NCBI GenBank assembly: GCA_050173015.1 | Contig: JBFXLE010000004.1 | Span: 128,001 to 192,000, forward strand | Length of the DNA: 64,000 nucleotides | Origin: Calditrichaceae bacterium | Lineage (GTDB): Bacteria; Calditrichota; Calditrichia; Calditrichales; JBFXGD01 | Reading direction: 5' to 3' | In this document: positions 45,849 through 56,931 of the stretch, in pieces | How positions within the stretch are numbered: position 1 is the stretch's first letter | How the letters are laid out: each line of letters begins with the position of its first letter | Position numbers and translations under genes: made by a program | The notes under the pieces: model-generated | Told to the model about the DNA's origin: nothing | What the model saw: the letters and a program-made list of their open reading frames with translations, nothing else | Databases searched by the model: none

Positions 45849-46334
45849 TTAATGATGATGCCCACCTGCTCCGTGTACATGTCCGTGAGCCAGTTCTTCG
45901 GGAGAAGCATCCCGTACATCTACCAACTCAAGATCGAATGTCAAACTTTTACCTGCCAACGGATGGTTGAAATCTATTGTTATTTCATCATTATCAATTT
46001 CTTTGATAAAAAACGGAAGTTGTTTTCCGTCGCCCATATCTGCCATAAAATTCATGCCCTCTTGCAGTTCTATATCCTCTGGAAAATCTGAACGGCTTGC
46101 TTTCTGAATGGCATTTTCTTCAAATTCACCGTAGGCGTCTTCGGGAAGTAATTCAACAGTTCCTTTGGAATTGATCAGCATGGTACTGATTTTTTCCTCA
46201 AGTTTCGGGAGAATCTGATCACGTCCGCTTAAGAAAGAATATGGTTGATTTTTATCTGCTACTTCAAGGGTTGTTCCGTTTTCATCCTTTAATGTAAAAT
46301 GTACGGTCACAACCTGATCAGGTTTGATTGCCAT
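45849..46334 (-). CDS. slyD: FKBP-type peptidyl-prolyl isomerase SlyD
   Basis: PEDAYGE, DFNHPLAGKSL, His-rich tail EELAHGHVHGAGGHHH. Confidence 0.95.
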   Translation of the reverse strand: MAIKPDQVVTVHFTLKDENGTTLEVADKNQPYSFLSGRDQILPKLEEKISTMLINSKGTVELLPEDAYGEFEENAIQKASRSDFPEDIELQEGMNFMADMGDGKQLPFFIKEIDNDEITIDFNHPLAGKSLTFDLELVDVRDASPEELAHGHVHGAGGHHH

Positions 46335-46435
46335 GCAAAACCCCTTTAAATTAATACGCAATTAACATTTAATTATTTTGAATATTGATGATTGACATGC
46401 AAAATACGAAAAGAAGCCTGTTTTTCCAAAACTGT

Positions 46436-48814
46436 TTAAAGCCAGCGCAATAATCCAAAACCTACATAATAGTTCCTGCTATCAATTCTTTTTGTCAAAT
46501 CTAAACGAAAAAATCCGAGTAAGCCGTTAACTGAAATTCCAAGTTCATGATGAGTGCCTTCGGTTTCATTATAATGATAATCGGTTGACCTTTTTCTGTG
46601 ATCTGAAATACGGGTCGATCCATGCGCGCCATGCAAAAGAATACCGATGTTTCTATCCACCAGAAAACGAAGTCCGACCAGTTCGAATGGAACTGTTCTA
46701 AAATTGTGTTCCCAGAATAGCCCAAAGTAATCTTCTCCCTCATAGGGAATATTCCTGAGGGACCGAAATGCCGCGAATGGGCTGAATATACTCATACCGG
46801 CGTCAAGAATTCCAAACCGTTGAACAGGTAGTTCACCATCAGAAATACCACCTGTAATGTGGATATTCAATGTGTTTGGAAACAGCCTTCTGGTCAGAAA
46901 TGTATTGATGTGGAAGTCGATACTGCCTGTAACTCTGGTGAAAGAAAAGTCACTGTTCAGTATATCCGGTGAACTGTATTCGATCGCCATATTCGCGCCA
47001 TTTTGCCCAATCAGGCCGAACGGAATAAACTCTTCACCATAGTGTAAAGAAAGGGTAAAAGATCTTAATTCTCCTTCATCAATTTCCGGATTTATTCTCT
47101 GGGTAAAATCATATCCAAACAGGTTATAGTCATTGTTTTTTGAAAGGGAAGAGTGTTCTTCGCTCGCGAAGGCGGCCGAGATAATTGAATTGATTTTTTC
47201 AAACCGGTAACCGGTTTCTAATTTCACAGATTCCTTCCAGTAATAGTCAAAATAATCGCTTTTGGCTAAAAGGGGAAGGATACTGGCGACCGTTCTTGAG
47301 TATGTTTGCGATTCATATCTCGTTGAAGATCCTAACGTGTAGTCCAGGCCTATCCAGGCTACTTTTTTCCTGCCAACGGAATATTTTAAACCTGCTTCGA
47401 AACTTCCCTTATTCAGGTCAGTGTTGTAGGCTCCGACCAGAGAATATTTCCAATTGTCCATAAAATTACGTTTTAATGCAACCCCCGCGTGAAGACCGTC
47501 AACACGATTAAACCAAAATTGCGGGCTCAGACCGCTGAACAGATTTTTTTGACCGTTCTGTTCTCCGTTATCCTCATTTCCAAACGAGATACTCGCCATT
47601 TTGGCAAGAAAACCGGTGGGTTTGAATGCTTTCTCGAGTGTTTCTGTACTGTCGATCGTTTCATAGGCGTTCACTTCGGAAGTTGATAAGGGAACAATTT
47701 CCGTGGATAGGGCGAACAATGAATCATTTTTGATGGATAGCGTGTCGATTGTAAGTATGTCATTTTTCCTGTAAAGTGAATCCGGTAATTCAACATTGAT
47801 CTGATAATCGGTAAGACGGCCTATCTGTCTGTATTTGATTCTTGGAAAATCAAGCCCGGTCATTCCGAATTTTATATTTCCGTTAATGCGAATATCAACC
47901 GGAAGCCAGAATTCTTTTCCAAAATTACTAAACTGCTGTTTGTAGTATAGATTCCATTCCTGTATTGGTGGAGGAAAGAATGTCGTGCGGCTGTAAGGTT
48001 TCAGATTCGCCTCAATCATACAGAAAATACTGTCAAGAATCGATATGTTTCCGACAAAAACCGGTTGTAATTTTGTAATAGGTATGACTTCAATATCAAA
48101 AACTATCGTCGAATCAAGATACCGTTTACCCGTCAATTTAAATTCATAATACTTAAACGCGTTACTATGGGTGGGACCAATCAGGTTGGAGCCCTGAAGT
48201 TTTATATCATCGTTGTAAAAATTCGGAAAATAACTGCTGAAGGCGAAATTCTCGGCAGATTCTAGATTTACCGTTTGCCTGCGAGATTTAATGATTTCCC
48301 GGGCGCCCTTTTTTTTGTCCCAGAACGTCTCCGAAATGCTCTCGGCGATGGACACAATGCCTGAATCATTCTCCAGAATCACGCGTGTATAGGCATCGGC
48401 TTTATAGGTATTCATTTTTTGATGCCATTCCTGTTTGCGTTTGATGACCTCCCTCATTATTCCCATGGCAGGATCTTCTGCAATTACAATAATCGGATCG
48501 GATTCAAGAACTACGGGTCTCAGCATTATATGAAGTTCCCGGTCCGATTCGGTCTGCACAAGAACTTTTTTTGTCTCATATCCGATATAAGTTATAATGA
48601 GTGTCACTCGCGGTTGAGATGTTTCAATACGAAATTTTCCATCCTCATTGGTAATTGTGCCCCGGTAGGTGCCTTCAATTTGAAGATTTGCCGCCGGTAA
48701 GAACTGCCCCGTTTCTGAGTCTCTGACTGATCCGGATATGATTACCTGCGCGGATGCCGGAAGACTAAAATAAAAGAAAAACAATATAATACATAACAGA
48801 TGCGAACGCGGCAT
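46436..48814 (-). CDS. CarboxypepD-like domain outer membrane protein (DUF5686-like)
   Basis: ISGSVRDSETG...GTITNEDGKF...YIGYET; EDPAMGIMREVI; C-terminal beta-strand region. Confidence 0.75.
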   Translation of the reverse strand: MPRSHLLCIILFFFYFSLPASAQVIISGSVRDSETGQFLPAANLQIEGTYRGTITNEDGKFRIETSQPRVTLIITYIGYETKKVLVQTESDRELHIMLRPVVLESDPIIVIAEDPAMGIMREVIKRKQEWHQKMNTYKADAYTRVILENDSGIVSIAESISETFWDKKKGAREIIKSRRQTVNLESAENFAFSSYFPNFYNDDIKLQGSNLIGPTHSNAFKYYEFKLTGKRYLDSTIVFDIEVIPITKLQPVFVGNISILDSIFCMIEANLKPYSRTTFFPPPIQEWNLYYKQQFSNFGKEFWLPVDIRINGNIKFGMTGLDFPRIKYRQIGRLTDYQINVELPDSLYRKNDILTIDTLSIKNDSLFALSTEIVPLSTSEVNAYETIDSTETLEKAFKPTGFLAKMASISFGNEDNGEQNGQKNLFSGLSPQFWFNRVDGLHAGVALKRNFMDNWKYSLVGAYNTDLNKGSFEAGLKYSVGRKKVAWIGLDYTLGSSTRYESQTYSRTVASILPLLAKSDYFDYYWKESVKLETGYRFEKINSIISAAFASEEHSSLSKNNDYNLFGYDFTQRINPEIDEGELRSFTLSLHYGEEFIPFGLIGQNGANMAIEYSSPDILNSDFSFTRVTGSIDFHINTFLTRRLFPNTLNIHITGGISDGELPVQRFGILDAGMSIFSPFAAFRSLRNIPYEGEDYFGLFWEHNFRTVPFELVGLRFLVDRNIGILLHGAHGSTRISDHRKRSTDYHYNETEGTHHELGISVNGLLGFFRLDLTKRIDSRNYYVGFGLLRWL

Positions 48815-48957
48815 AAAGAAAAACCTCTTGGTCAACCGGTAAATACCTGCGGAATAAACGAAAAATTGACAGTTTGTCAAATCATATTAGTTAAATTTAC
48901 GCCGGAAGGCGGGAAAAGTTTTAAACAATAAAATATACCGGCTGTCCGGATAATATT

Positions 48958-49803
48958 TTATTGATAAAGGTTATTTAAAATATACTCGTCATAAAAATCA
49001 AATGTGCCTATGATCTCTGAGTTTTCATTCATCAATGCCAGTTCTTTTATCAGTATCGTTCTTTTTATCAAGCCGGATTCTCCGATATAGTCAAAGTATT
49101 CCACGTCATTATCCCAAACACTGTCATAATCGAAATCGAACAACCACTGTACAACAAAACAGTCAAAAGACCCGACAATCACCTGAATAACTTTCTTCCC
49201 GGTAACTTCCTTGTCAATAACCCAGGAACTATTTTCTGTTCTGAAATTCCAGTGCGCGCCAACTGTCATGGGGAATTGTAGTGTTTTTACAGGCGGATCT
49301 TCAATATAAATTGTATCAGCAACTGTTCCTGAAAACGGGACTAAATCAGTTATCGATCCTGTCAGTTCCTTAATCCCTGTAAAAATTTTACCCTTGAATA
49401 AAACAGGTATCGATGAGCCGGGTTTTGGGAAAACAACCGGGCCTGCCGTCGCTGAATATGCGTAAAGATACATTCCGTCATTTTGTATTTGATAGTAATT
49501 GGTGGATTTTGATACTCCAAAGTCAAATACCTCCTCACCATAGAAGGCGTATGTTTCAATCGAATTATCAAACATCATTTTTCCAATAATTTCGATCGAG
49601 ACCTCGGATGAATCCCTTAGATTTAATTGATCATTTAAAGAATCTGGTTGGAAATTCCGGAATTCCGAGAATCTAGAATAGGTCCAGCGGGTTCCTGTTT
49701 TATTGGGAAAATCGGAAAGGGAATCCGAATTGTCTTCATCGCAGCTGGCTGCCAAAAACATAGTTAAAAATAAGTAAATAAGGGAAAATAAAATACGCAT
49801 CAT
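48958..49803 (-). CDS. Hypothetical lipoprotein
   Basis: MMRILF...LAASC lipobox; FPNKTGTRWTY and VIVGSFDC patterns; RBS AAGGAG. Confidence 0.7.
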   Translation of the reverse strand: MMRILFSLIYLFLTMFLAASCDEDNSDSLSDFPNKTGTRWTYSRFSEFRNFQPDSLNDQLNLRDSSEVSIEIIGKMMFDNSIETYAFYGEEVFDFGVSKSTNYYQIQNDGMYLYAYSATAGPVVFPKPGSSIPVLFKGKIFTGIKELTGSITDLVPFSGTVADTIYIEDPPVKTLQFPMTVGAHWNFRTENSSWVIDKEVTGKKVIQVIVGSFDCFVVQWLFDFDYDSVWDNDVEYFDYIGESGLIKRTILIKELALMNENSEIIGTFDFYDEYILNNLYQ

Positions 49804-50215
49804 TTTTCTCCTTTTTTTGGCTACCGGTAGCATAATATAAATGAAAGGATTCAGCAATAAAAGCGATAAAAATCATGGTGAAAAGGAGGGCTAAATTTAG
49901 TACCGATGATGTTTTCAGGAACAATTTAATTGTTCTTGCCATACCAATTTGGATCATATAAATTCCGTTTAATGTTGTGTTTGAAATCAATGATACTTTC
50001 AAAATGATTTAATAATATTGCTTACCTTCTGTTGTGGAAACCCGAGGCGTTTTCCAGGTCTCATAAATTCGGATATTTTAATCATGATGATAAAATTCGG
50101 TATATGACTAAACTATAGATCAAAGCAGTCTAACGGCGATTTTAAGAGTTTTATTTTATACCGGTTATAAGTGAAGGATTTTAAGCCAATTTAAACATGT
50201 GGAATGGAGGCAGCC

Positions 50216-51865
50216 ATGAAAATGTTTCATTACTTTTTCCGCTTTTCTGTTTTAATGGTTTTTTTGGTTTTAGCCTGTTCTGAGAGTGATGACGGTCCGA
50301 CAGGTAATGACTCGGAAGGCGCCAAAGCAATCGTGCAGCAGGCCAATGAAGCTCTGGGAAATGTACTCTACAATCTGATAAACAGTGACGGATTGAGCGG
50401 CCCGGGTGAAATTAATTTCAGTGAGCCCTTCGGCTTGTATAACGAAGCCTATTCAAAAGATAATTCAAATCTTGACGCGAATTTCGGACTGGGATTATGT
50501 GGAATATTGATGATGACGCAGGATCAGATGGTGATTGATGCGTTTGATGACTGGTCTGCTTATCTCGGTGAAAACAGTCCGTTTGAAGCGCCATTGGCAA
50601 AAAAGTCAAAGTCCGACATTAAAATTGGTTTTCCCACGGGAATAGAATATTTTAATATTCCGGTTAAAACTTTAGCCAAAACGATGGTCGGAACTCAGAA
50701 AATGGTGCTTGCGGAAGCCCCTAAAATAAGCGCTATTCAGAATATCCTTAAAAGTAAAATGCTGCCGGTTCTTAATTTTGCGATCTCAGCTCTGGAACGG
50801 ATCGATGATAATCCCGACTATGTCTTTAAGATTACTCCGAAAATGCAGGGTGATATGCTCGAAGACACCCTTGAAGTGGATCTTACAGAAATTTACGCCT
50901 TCGAAGTCAGCCTGAATGTTCTGAAAGCAATGGTCGATATGGCCATATCCTACAATGTTGATTTTAGCAGTTATGACAGTATAGGGGTTAAGGAAACTTT
51001 TTCCCAGGGAAGCACATTCCTTACTGTGAGGGACGGCGGGGTTTACCTTTCGGACGCAAAATCCGCCATATTGTTATCCGTTGATAAACTGGAAGACGGC
51101 ATCAATTTTCTGCGAAATGAAACCGATCCTCAGGGGAATGATATTATCAAAGTTGGACCGGATAATATAACCGCCGCTGATTTGGATTCAATCCTTGCTC
51201 ATACCGATGATGTCCGTGAAATACTGACCGCGGATATGACCTTCAGCGATGACTGGGATGATGATTTCTCCACACCCGATGAAAATCTGACCTTCAATTT
51301 TGGAAAGTTTTTTGATAATCCCGTTAGTGATTTCAAATCCAAATTCCCTGGTTATACCGTTTCCGTGGGCAGAGACACGGTGGATTGGGATTATTACTGG
51401 AGTGATTATCTGACTTCAGCGCTCACTGCAAATATCGATGTTTCAAGTCCGGGGGGCTATCAATATTCACATTCATATTCATGGGATAAATGGGGATATG
51501 AATACGATTATTTAGATGCCAATGTGGAAATCCAGTCATTTGACGCTGCATTTGCGGCAAAGATTGATGAGCTTTTAAATATGGATAATATTGAATCTTT
51601 CTATGTGCATATCTATTTCTATCAATATTTCAATGAAGCCGGACAATATCAGATTATTACGGACCTCGAATGGTATTACAGCCGTGAAGTGCCATCACAA
51701 GCCATATATGTGCCGATTATAACCTGGAACGCTTCCACATATTCTGAATGGATATTACCGGATGCGACATTTAATGGTATTCTACCCGGGATGACAGATT
51801 CGGAATTTAAACGAATTTTTGGATTAACGGCCGATGACTGGGAAAAAACGATCAGATTATATTAA
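50216..51865 (+). CDS. Large acidic hypothetical lipoprotein
   Basis: GGAGG RBS; VLAC lipobox; long open frame. Confidence 0.75.
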   Translation: MKMFHYFFRFSVLMVFLVLACSESDDGPTGNDSEGAKAIVQQANEALGNVLYNLINSDGLSGPGEINFSEPFGLYNEAYSKDNSNLDANFGLGLCGILMMTQDQMVIDAFDDWSAYLGENSPFEAPLAKKSKSDIKIGFPTGIEYFNIPVKTLAKTMVGTQKMVLAEAPKISAIQNILKSKMLPVLNFAISALERIDDNPDYVFKITPKMQGDMLEDTLEVDLTEIYAFEVSLNVLKAMVDMAISYNVDFSSYDSIGVKETFSQGSTFLTVRDGGVYLSDAKSAILLSVDKLEDGINFLRNETDPQGNDIIKVGPDNITAADLDSILAHTDDVREILTADMTFSDDWDDDFSTPDENLTFNFGKFFDNPVSDFKSKFPGYTVSVGRDTVDWDYYWSDYLTSALTANIDVSSPGGYQYSHSYSWDKWGYEYDYLDANVEIQSFDAAFAAKIDELLNMDNIESFYVHIYFYQYFNEAGQYQIITDLEWYYSREVPSQAIYVPIITWNASTYSEWILPDATFNGILPGMTDSEFKRIFGLTADDWEKTIRLY

Positions 51866-51881
51866 CTGAGAAACCAACGCT

Positions 51882-51934
51882 AAGGCTGTCCGGCAAAATA
51901 TATCAAATGAATTTAGACATATCCGGGCAGCCTT
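51882..51934 (+). terminator. Intercistronic inverted repeat (terminator or mRNA stabiliser)
   Basis: AAGGCTGTCCGG (51882-51893) pairs with CCGGGCAGCCTT (51923-51934). Confidence 0.5.
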
Positions 51935-51972
51935 TATTAATTTTTCCGTTTAACAAACCGGGTAATTGATTA

Positions 51973-53418
51973 TTGCGCAATCTCCAGCTTTTTTTTGTTT
52001 GTCTGATTGTCTCGGCAGGTTTTTGTCAATCGGAATTTGAGTCCATTCTGGATATGCCGGAAATGTTTATCGCCGGTAAACATATGAGGTCAAATCCTTC
52101 ATCTGTATTTAATGATAATTCAACACCGGACAGAATTCAATTTCGCTCGTATCTCACCTATAATGATTATTACAGGGAAAGAAGAAACAATTTAATTGAC
52201 AGAGATATTTACACAATCACTCAGCAGAATGAGTTGAGCATCCCATTGCGTGTAAAAAATATTACTGTCACTACGAGAGCGTATTTCAATCTCGACCGCA
52301 GAAGTATCAGTTATGATGTCACCGATTTTGAAAATTTGAGAATGGAATCGGTTTCTAATGAATACGGCATGTCTCTATCTATTCCGCTATGGCGTGAAGT
52401 GTTGAGTCTTTCAGGAAGCGCCGGGGAGAAAAGATATGAGTCGGAATCATATTATCCTTACTCCCTGGGAGCTTTTGTTAAATTCGGTTGGTTTTTACAG
52501 TTCGGCTATACAATATATAAAGATTATATGAGCTGGAAATTTGATTTCATTTATGAAGACTCACCGCTTGAATTTGAATGGATGGAAGAGGAACGAATCC
52601 ATGAAATAAGGTTTAGGATAATGTTTACCGAAGAGCTGGGTATTGATGCCTTAATCCTGGAAAATTCTGTAAACCGGCCTTATGATCTAAATAAAATGGA
52701 GACAATCTATATTCCCGTTGGGGATCATGAGACCGGAGAATATAAGGCATCCTATAGCCTATCCGGGCGGGTCGGTCTGGGATTTACTTATTCAGTCAGG
52801 AATCTCGATTATTCAGGGCGTTTTTATGAACAAAAAATTTCGTTTGGGAAAATTACTCAATTCAGCCAATTTTATGAATCCTTTTCACCGGAAATTACGG
52901 TCAGAAAGGACAGATCTGAATTTTTGGCAAATTTTTCATGGGGAAAGGGACTTCTAAAGGGCAGGGGGCATATAGAAACATGGCCGTTCAGTGATACATG
53001 GACAGACCTGCTCGGATTGCGTTATTATTCAAATTCTCAGGCCGGTTACCGGTTTAAAAGAGTCGGTTTGGGATATCAGTATTCAATATCCGGATTTGAC
53101 GCGGGAGGAAGGGCTGTTTTTGAACATTTGGCAACACAGGGAAATCTAAGGACGTGGGAGCCTGAATTTCTGGTGTTTGGTCAAAAAAATCTGAAAAAAT
53201 ATTTACTGGATATTAGTGAACAGGACGGTTTTTATCTCCGGCTAAATCTTTCTAAATCCATACAGAAATTCAGAATTTCGTACGGATTTTCGCAGTATAT
53301 CCCATTAAGATCTGAATACCGGCCTGATGAAGATACTGAAACCACAGGCGGTTCTTCAGCAGACCGGAGTGTTTATGGCGGCGGCCGGCACAATCTTCAA
53401 TTAACCATCGATTTTTAA
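51973..53418 (+). CDS. Hypothetical outer membrane beta-barrel protein
   Basis: Signal peptide, aromatic-rich amphipathic strands, C-terminal QLTIDF. Confidence 0.6.
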   Translation: MRNLQLFFVCLIVSAGFCQSEFESILDMPEMFIAGKHMRSNPSSVFNDNSTPDRIQFRSYLTYNDYYRERRNNLIDRDIYTITQQNELSIPLRVKNITVTTRAYFNLDRRSISYDVTDFENLRMESVSNEYGMSLSIPLWREVLSLSGSAGEKRYESESYYPYSLGAFVKFGWFLQFGYTIYKDYMSWKFDFIYEDSPLEFEWMEEERIHEIRFRIMFTEELGIDALILENSVNRPYDLNKMETIYIPVGDHETGEYKASYSLSGRVGLGFTYSVRNLDYSGRFYEQKISFGKITQFSQFYESFSPEITVRKDRSEFLANFSWGKGLLKGRGHIETWPFSDTWTDLLGLRYYSNSQAGYRFKRVGLGYQYSISGFDAGGRAVFEHLATQGNLRTWEPEFLVFGQKNLKKYLLDISEQDGFYLRLNLSKSIQKFRISYGFSQYIPLRSEYRPDEDTETTGGSSADRSVYGGGRHNLQLTIDF

Positions 53419-53604
53419 ACCATTTCCGCTTTATGGTAATTATTTGCATTGACGGGACGGGCATCCTAAATTCGACATCAATTCAGGAAAGAACGCCCAA
53501 TTTGAAGAACCTGAACAGTCCGGATTAAAGAAAACAGAGTAATTCAGGATTATTATGACGGATATCCGGAGTTTTATAAACGATAAAATAAACGGTTAAA
53601 GCGC

Positions 53605-55479
53605 ATGGAATATAATTTGACAGACTGGCTTCCGATAACACTGAAGGAAGTACGGTTACGCGGCTGGGAAGAACTGGATGTGATCATCATTTCGGGTGAT
53701 GCCTATATAGATCATCCGGCATTCGGGGCGGCGGTTATCGGAAGGATTATTGAACGGGAAGGACTCCGCGTGGCGATCGTTCCGCAGCCAAACTGGCGCG
53801 ATGATTTGAGAGATTTTAAAAAACTCGGCAAGCCCAGGTTATTCTTTGCGGTGACATCCGGAAACATGGATTCTATGGTTAACCACTACACCGCGAACAA
53901 ACGTCTGCGTTCGACCGATGCTTACACTCCGGGAGGGCAGTCGGGTTTCCGGCCGGATTACGCCACAACAGTCTATACAAAAATCCTGAAGGAGATCTTT
54001 CCCGATGTGCCGGTGTTGATCGGTGGCATTGAGGCTTCTCTCAGAAGAGTCACTCATTATGATTACTGGTCGGACCGGCTAAAGCCAGGCATACTGGCCG
54101 ACAGCGGAGCCGATTTGCTGATTTATGGCATGGGTGAACTGCCCTTAAGAGAAATAATAAGACTTTTAAACAGGAATGTTCCGGTCTCCCGGCTTGACAC
54201 CATTCCGCAGACGGCGCTTCTGCTGGATGAGAATCAGCCTGTTCCCAAAAACAAGCACTGGGAGTCATTTGAATTGACATCTCACGAAGAATGTCTAAAG
54301 GATAAAAAAGCATTTGCCGCGAATTTTAAACATATCGAGCAGGAATCGAATAAACAATATGCCCGTCGGCTTATACAGAAAATAGGTGAGCGGACACTGG
54401 TTATCAATCCGCCGTATAAAACGATGACGGAACAAGAAATAGACGCCTCCTTTGATCTTCCTTTTACACGTCTCCCGCATCCGAAATATAAAAATCGCGG
54501 TCCCATTCCCGCTTATGAGATGATAAAATTTTCGATGAATTTACACCGGGGCTGTTTTGGAGGCTGTAGTTTCTGTACGATCTCAGCCCACCAGGGCAAA
54601 ATGATCGCGAGCCGTTCAAAGGAATCAATCCTAAAAGAAATGGATGCCATCATCAAAATGCCCGATTTTAAGGGATATATCAGTGATCTTGGCGGGCCGT
54701 CCGCTAACATGTACAAAATGAAAGGGATTGATCAGGATATTTGTGATAAATGTATAAAGCCCTCTTGTATCTACCCGAAAGTTTGTTTTAATCTGGATAC
54801 TGACCATCACCCGCTGACTGAGATTTATCAGGCCGTCGCGTCAAAACCAGGGATAAAAAAGGCGTTCGTTTCAAGCGGAATCCGATATGATTTACTTATC
54901 GGGAAAGATGAAAAAGATGATAAAAAGAACGGATACAATGAATATATAGAACAGGTTGTTTCCAGCCATACTTCCGGAAGGCTAAAAATCGCCCCGGAGC
55001 ATACGTCGGATAATGTTTTGAAGATTATGCGGAAACCTTCCTTTAAGCTGTTTTATGAATTTAAAAAGAAGTTTGACGCGATAAATCAAAAACTGGGTTT
55101 AAAGCAGTACCTGATTCCATATTTTATCTCAAGCCATCCCGGCAGCAATCTTGAAGATATGGCGCAATTGTCAGTGGAAACGAAAGAGATCGGATTCGAA
55201 CTGGAACAGGTTCAGGATTTTACACCGACTCCGATGACGGTCGCTACGGTCATATATTATTCAGGTTATCACCCCTATACACTTAAACCCGTGCCGACAG
55301 CCAGGAATAAAAATGAAAAACTCGATCAAAGAAAATTTTTCTTCTGGTATAAACGGGAAAATAAAGAGTGGATTCGAAAAACATTGAACGCGCTGAACAG
55401 ATCGGATCTTATAGAAAAATTACTAAAAAAACCGGGCAAAGAAGCGGGTGTGAATCAACGCTATAAATCAGGAAAATGA
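53605..55479 (+). CDS. ygiQ: YgiQ family radical SAM protein
   Basis: GDAYIDHP, GNMDSMVNHYT, RGCFGGCSFC (CxxxCxxC), DLGGPSANMY, PYFISSHPG, EQVQDFTPTPMT. Confidence 0.94.
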   Translation: MEYNLTDWLPITLKEVRLRGWEELDVIIISGDAYIDHPAFGAAVIGRIIEREGLRVAIVPQPNWRDDLRDFKKLGKPRLFFAVTSGNMDSMVNHYTANKRLRSTDAYTPGGQSGFRPDYATTVYTKILKEIFPDVPVLIGGIEASLRRVTHYDYWSDRLKPGILADSGADLLIYGMGELPLREIIRLLNRNVPVSRLDTIPQTALLLDENQPVPKNKHWESFELTSHEECLKDKKAFAANFKHIEQESNKQYARRLIQKIGERTLVINPPYKTMTEQEIDASFDLPFTRLPHPKYKNRGPIPAYEMIKFSMNLHRGCFGGCSFCTISAHQGKMIASRSKESILKEMDAIIKMPDFKGYISDLGGPSANMYKMKGIDQDICDKCIKPSCIYPKVCFNLDTDHHPLTEIYQAVASKPGIKKAFVSSGIRYDLLIGKDEKDDKKNGYNEYIEQVVSSHTSGRLKIAPEHTSDNVLKIMRKPSFKLFYEFKKKFDAINQKLGLKQYLIPYFISSHPGSNLEDMAQLSVETKEIGFELEQVQDFTPTPMTVATVIYYSGYHPYTLKPVPTARNKNEKLDQRKFFFWYKRENKEWIRKTLNALNRSDLIEKLLKKPGKEAGVNQRYKSGK

Positions 55480-55526
55480 TGATCTGACGGTTAATTTAAT
55501 TTGCAATAAAGAGCCGTCCGTTGCGG

Positions 55527-56879
55527 TTAGAGTTCATCCTTGTCCGAAATCAGCTTTCCGCTTAATTTTAACAGATTAATTTCATTCTGTTTTGCTTCGA
55601 AGGCCGCGTTGATGTAACGGCTTTTTGCCTGAATATAATTCTTTTGAACCTCCCGAAGTTCCAATGGTGTCATCAGGCCCAACCTGAAATTCTCTAATGC
55701 AATATCGACATTTTCCTTTGCCGCGGAAATATTTTCATCTTCCAATTTAAGACGGGTCAGGCTGTTATCGTAAATGACATATCCTGTTCTTATATCCGCC
55801 AATATACTGTTTTTTAATTCCTCTAATTCAATCGCGATATTCCTTTGCAGGAGCTTTGCCGTTTGCTGCCGGCGTCTTGTGTTGAAGCCGTCATAAAGAT
55901 TCATGGTTAGTGAAAGACCGTAAAAAAGGCCATCTGTTTCACTGGATATGAAAAATCCCGCGTCTGATTCTGATTTGGCATAGTTGTAACGGGCAATTAC
56001 ATCAATTTCAGGATATTTTCCGGAAATGATTTCACCGATTTCCTTCCCGGAAACCTCGTATTCCGTCTTTTTTATAACAAGGGCGCTGTTATTTATAAGC
56101 GCCGATTCTTCAAGTTCGTTGATGTCTAATTTTTTCAGGATGTTGATTGAGTCACTAACCTGAAATTGTGTGTCCACCGGCCGCGCAAGCAGATGATTTA
56201 GGGTGATCTTGGCGGCGGTAAGGTCGGCGGATTGCTCTAAAAGCGCTGAACGGTCAGCATTCAGATCCACTTTCGCCTGAAGAATATCAAGTCTGGAAGA
56301 CGCGCCGAGCGCAAAATTCTGCTCTGCTATATGGAGCCTTTCTGTGGAAATGTCAACCGCTTCCCGGAGCACATTATGATTTAATTTCTGACGTACAATA
56401 TCATAATAAGCGTCACTTACTTCAGCTACCGAATTCTCGACCTGTTGTTTTAATTCATTTTGTCCGATATTATTCTGCATGGCGAGGCGTGAGTAGGAAT
56501 GAAACATTTTAAAACCATCAAATACCGTCCAGTTTAATTCCAGGCTGGCGGTTTTGTTTTCAGATTCAGCTCCGCTGCGGTCGATAGATGTGCCGCTGGC
56601 ATAATTCTGCTTGCTGTTTGTTTTGCTCTTGTTGTAACCGGCATCAACATCAAGTTCGGGAAGCATGCCCGCGTTTCCGGCCGTATAATTTTTTTCAGCG
56701 ATCAGAGCGTCGTTTTTTGATATTTGTATCGAATAATTTTTTTCCAAAGATATTTGAAGCGCTTCATCGATGGTGAGGAGCTCCTGAGATTTGCTTGAAG
56801 AAAACAGGGAGAAAAAGAAAAGAAATCCAAAAACAGCAGTAATATTCTTTGATGAACCAAATATAATAAGATGCTTCAT
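55527..56879 (-). CDS. TolC family outer membrane efflux protein
   Basis: LTIDEALQISLEKNY, GNAGMLP, WTVFDGF, LYDGF; last gene of the RND operon. Confidence 0.9.
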   Translation of the reverse strand: MKHLIIFGSSKNITAVFGFLFFFSLFSSSKSQELLTIDEALQISLEKNYSIQISKNDALIAEKNYTAGNAGMLPELDVDAGYNKSKTNSKQNYASGTSIDRSGAESENKTASLELNWTVFDGFKMFHSYSRLAMQNNIGQNELKQQVENSVAEVSDAYYDIVRQKLNHNVLREAVDISTERLHIAEQNFALGASSRLDILQAKVDLNADRSALLEQSADLTAAKITLNHLLARPVDTQFQVSDSINILKKLDINELEESALINNSALVIKKTEYEVSGKEIGEIISGKYPEIDVIARYNYAKSESDAGFFISSETDGLFYGLSLTMNLYDGFNTRRRQQTAKLLQRNIAIELEELKNSILADIRTGYVIYDNSLTRLKLEDENISAAKENVDIALENFRLGLMTPLELREVQKNYIQAKSRYINAAFEAKQNEINLLKLSGKLISDKDEL

Positions 56880-56931
56880 ATTCCTTCGATCCTTTGTAAT
56901 TCTATCTCTTTGCGTATGTGAATCGTTCAAA

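Noticed and set aside
49736-50002. 88-aa minus-strand ORF upstream of the lipoprotein
   Set aside because: Overlaps the lipoprotein start out of frame, has no clear RBS, and lies in an AT-rich divergent promoter region.
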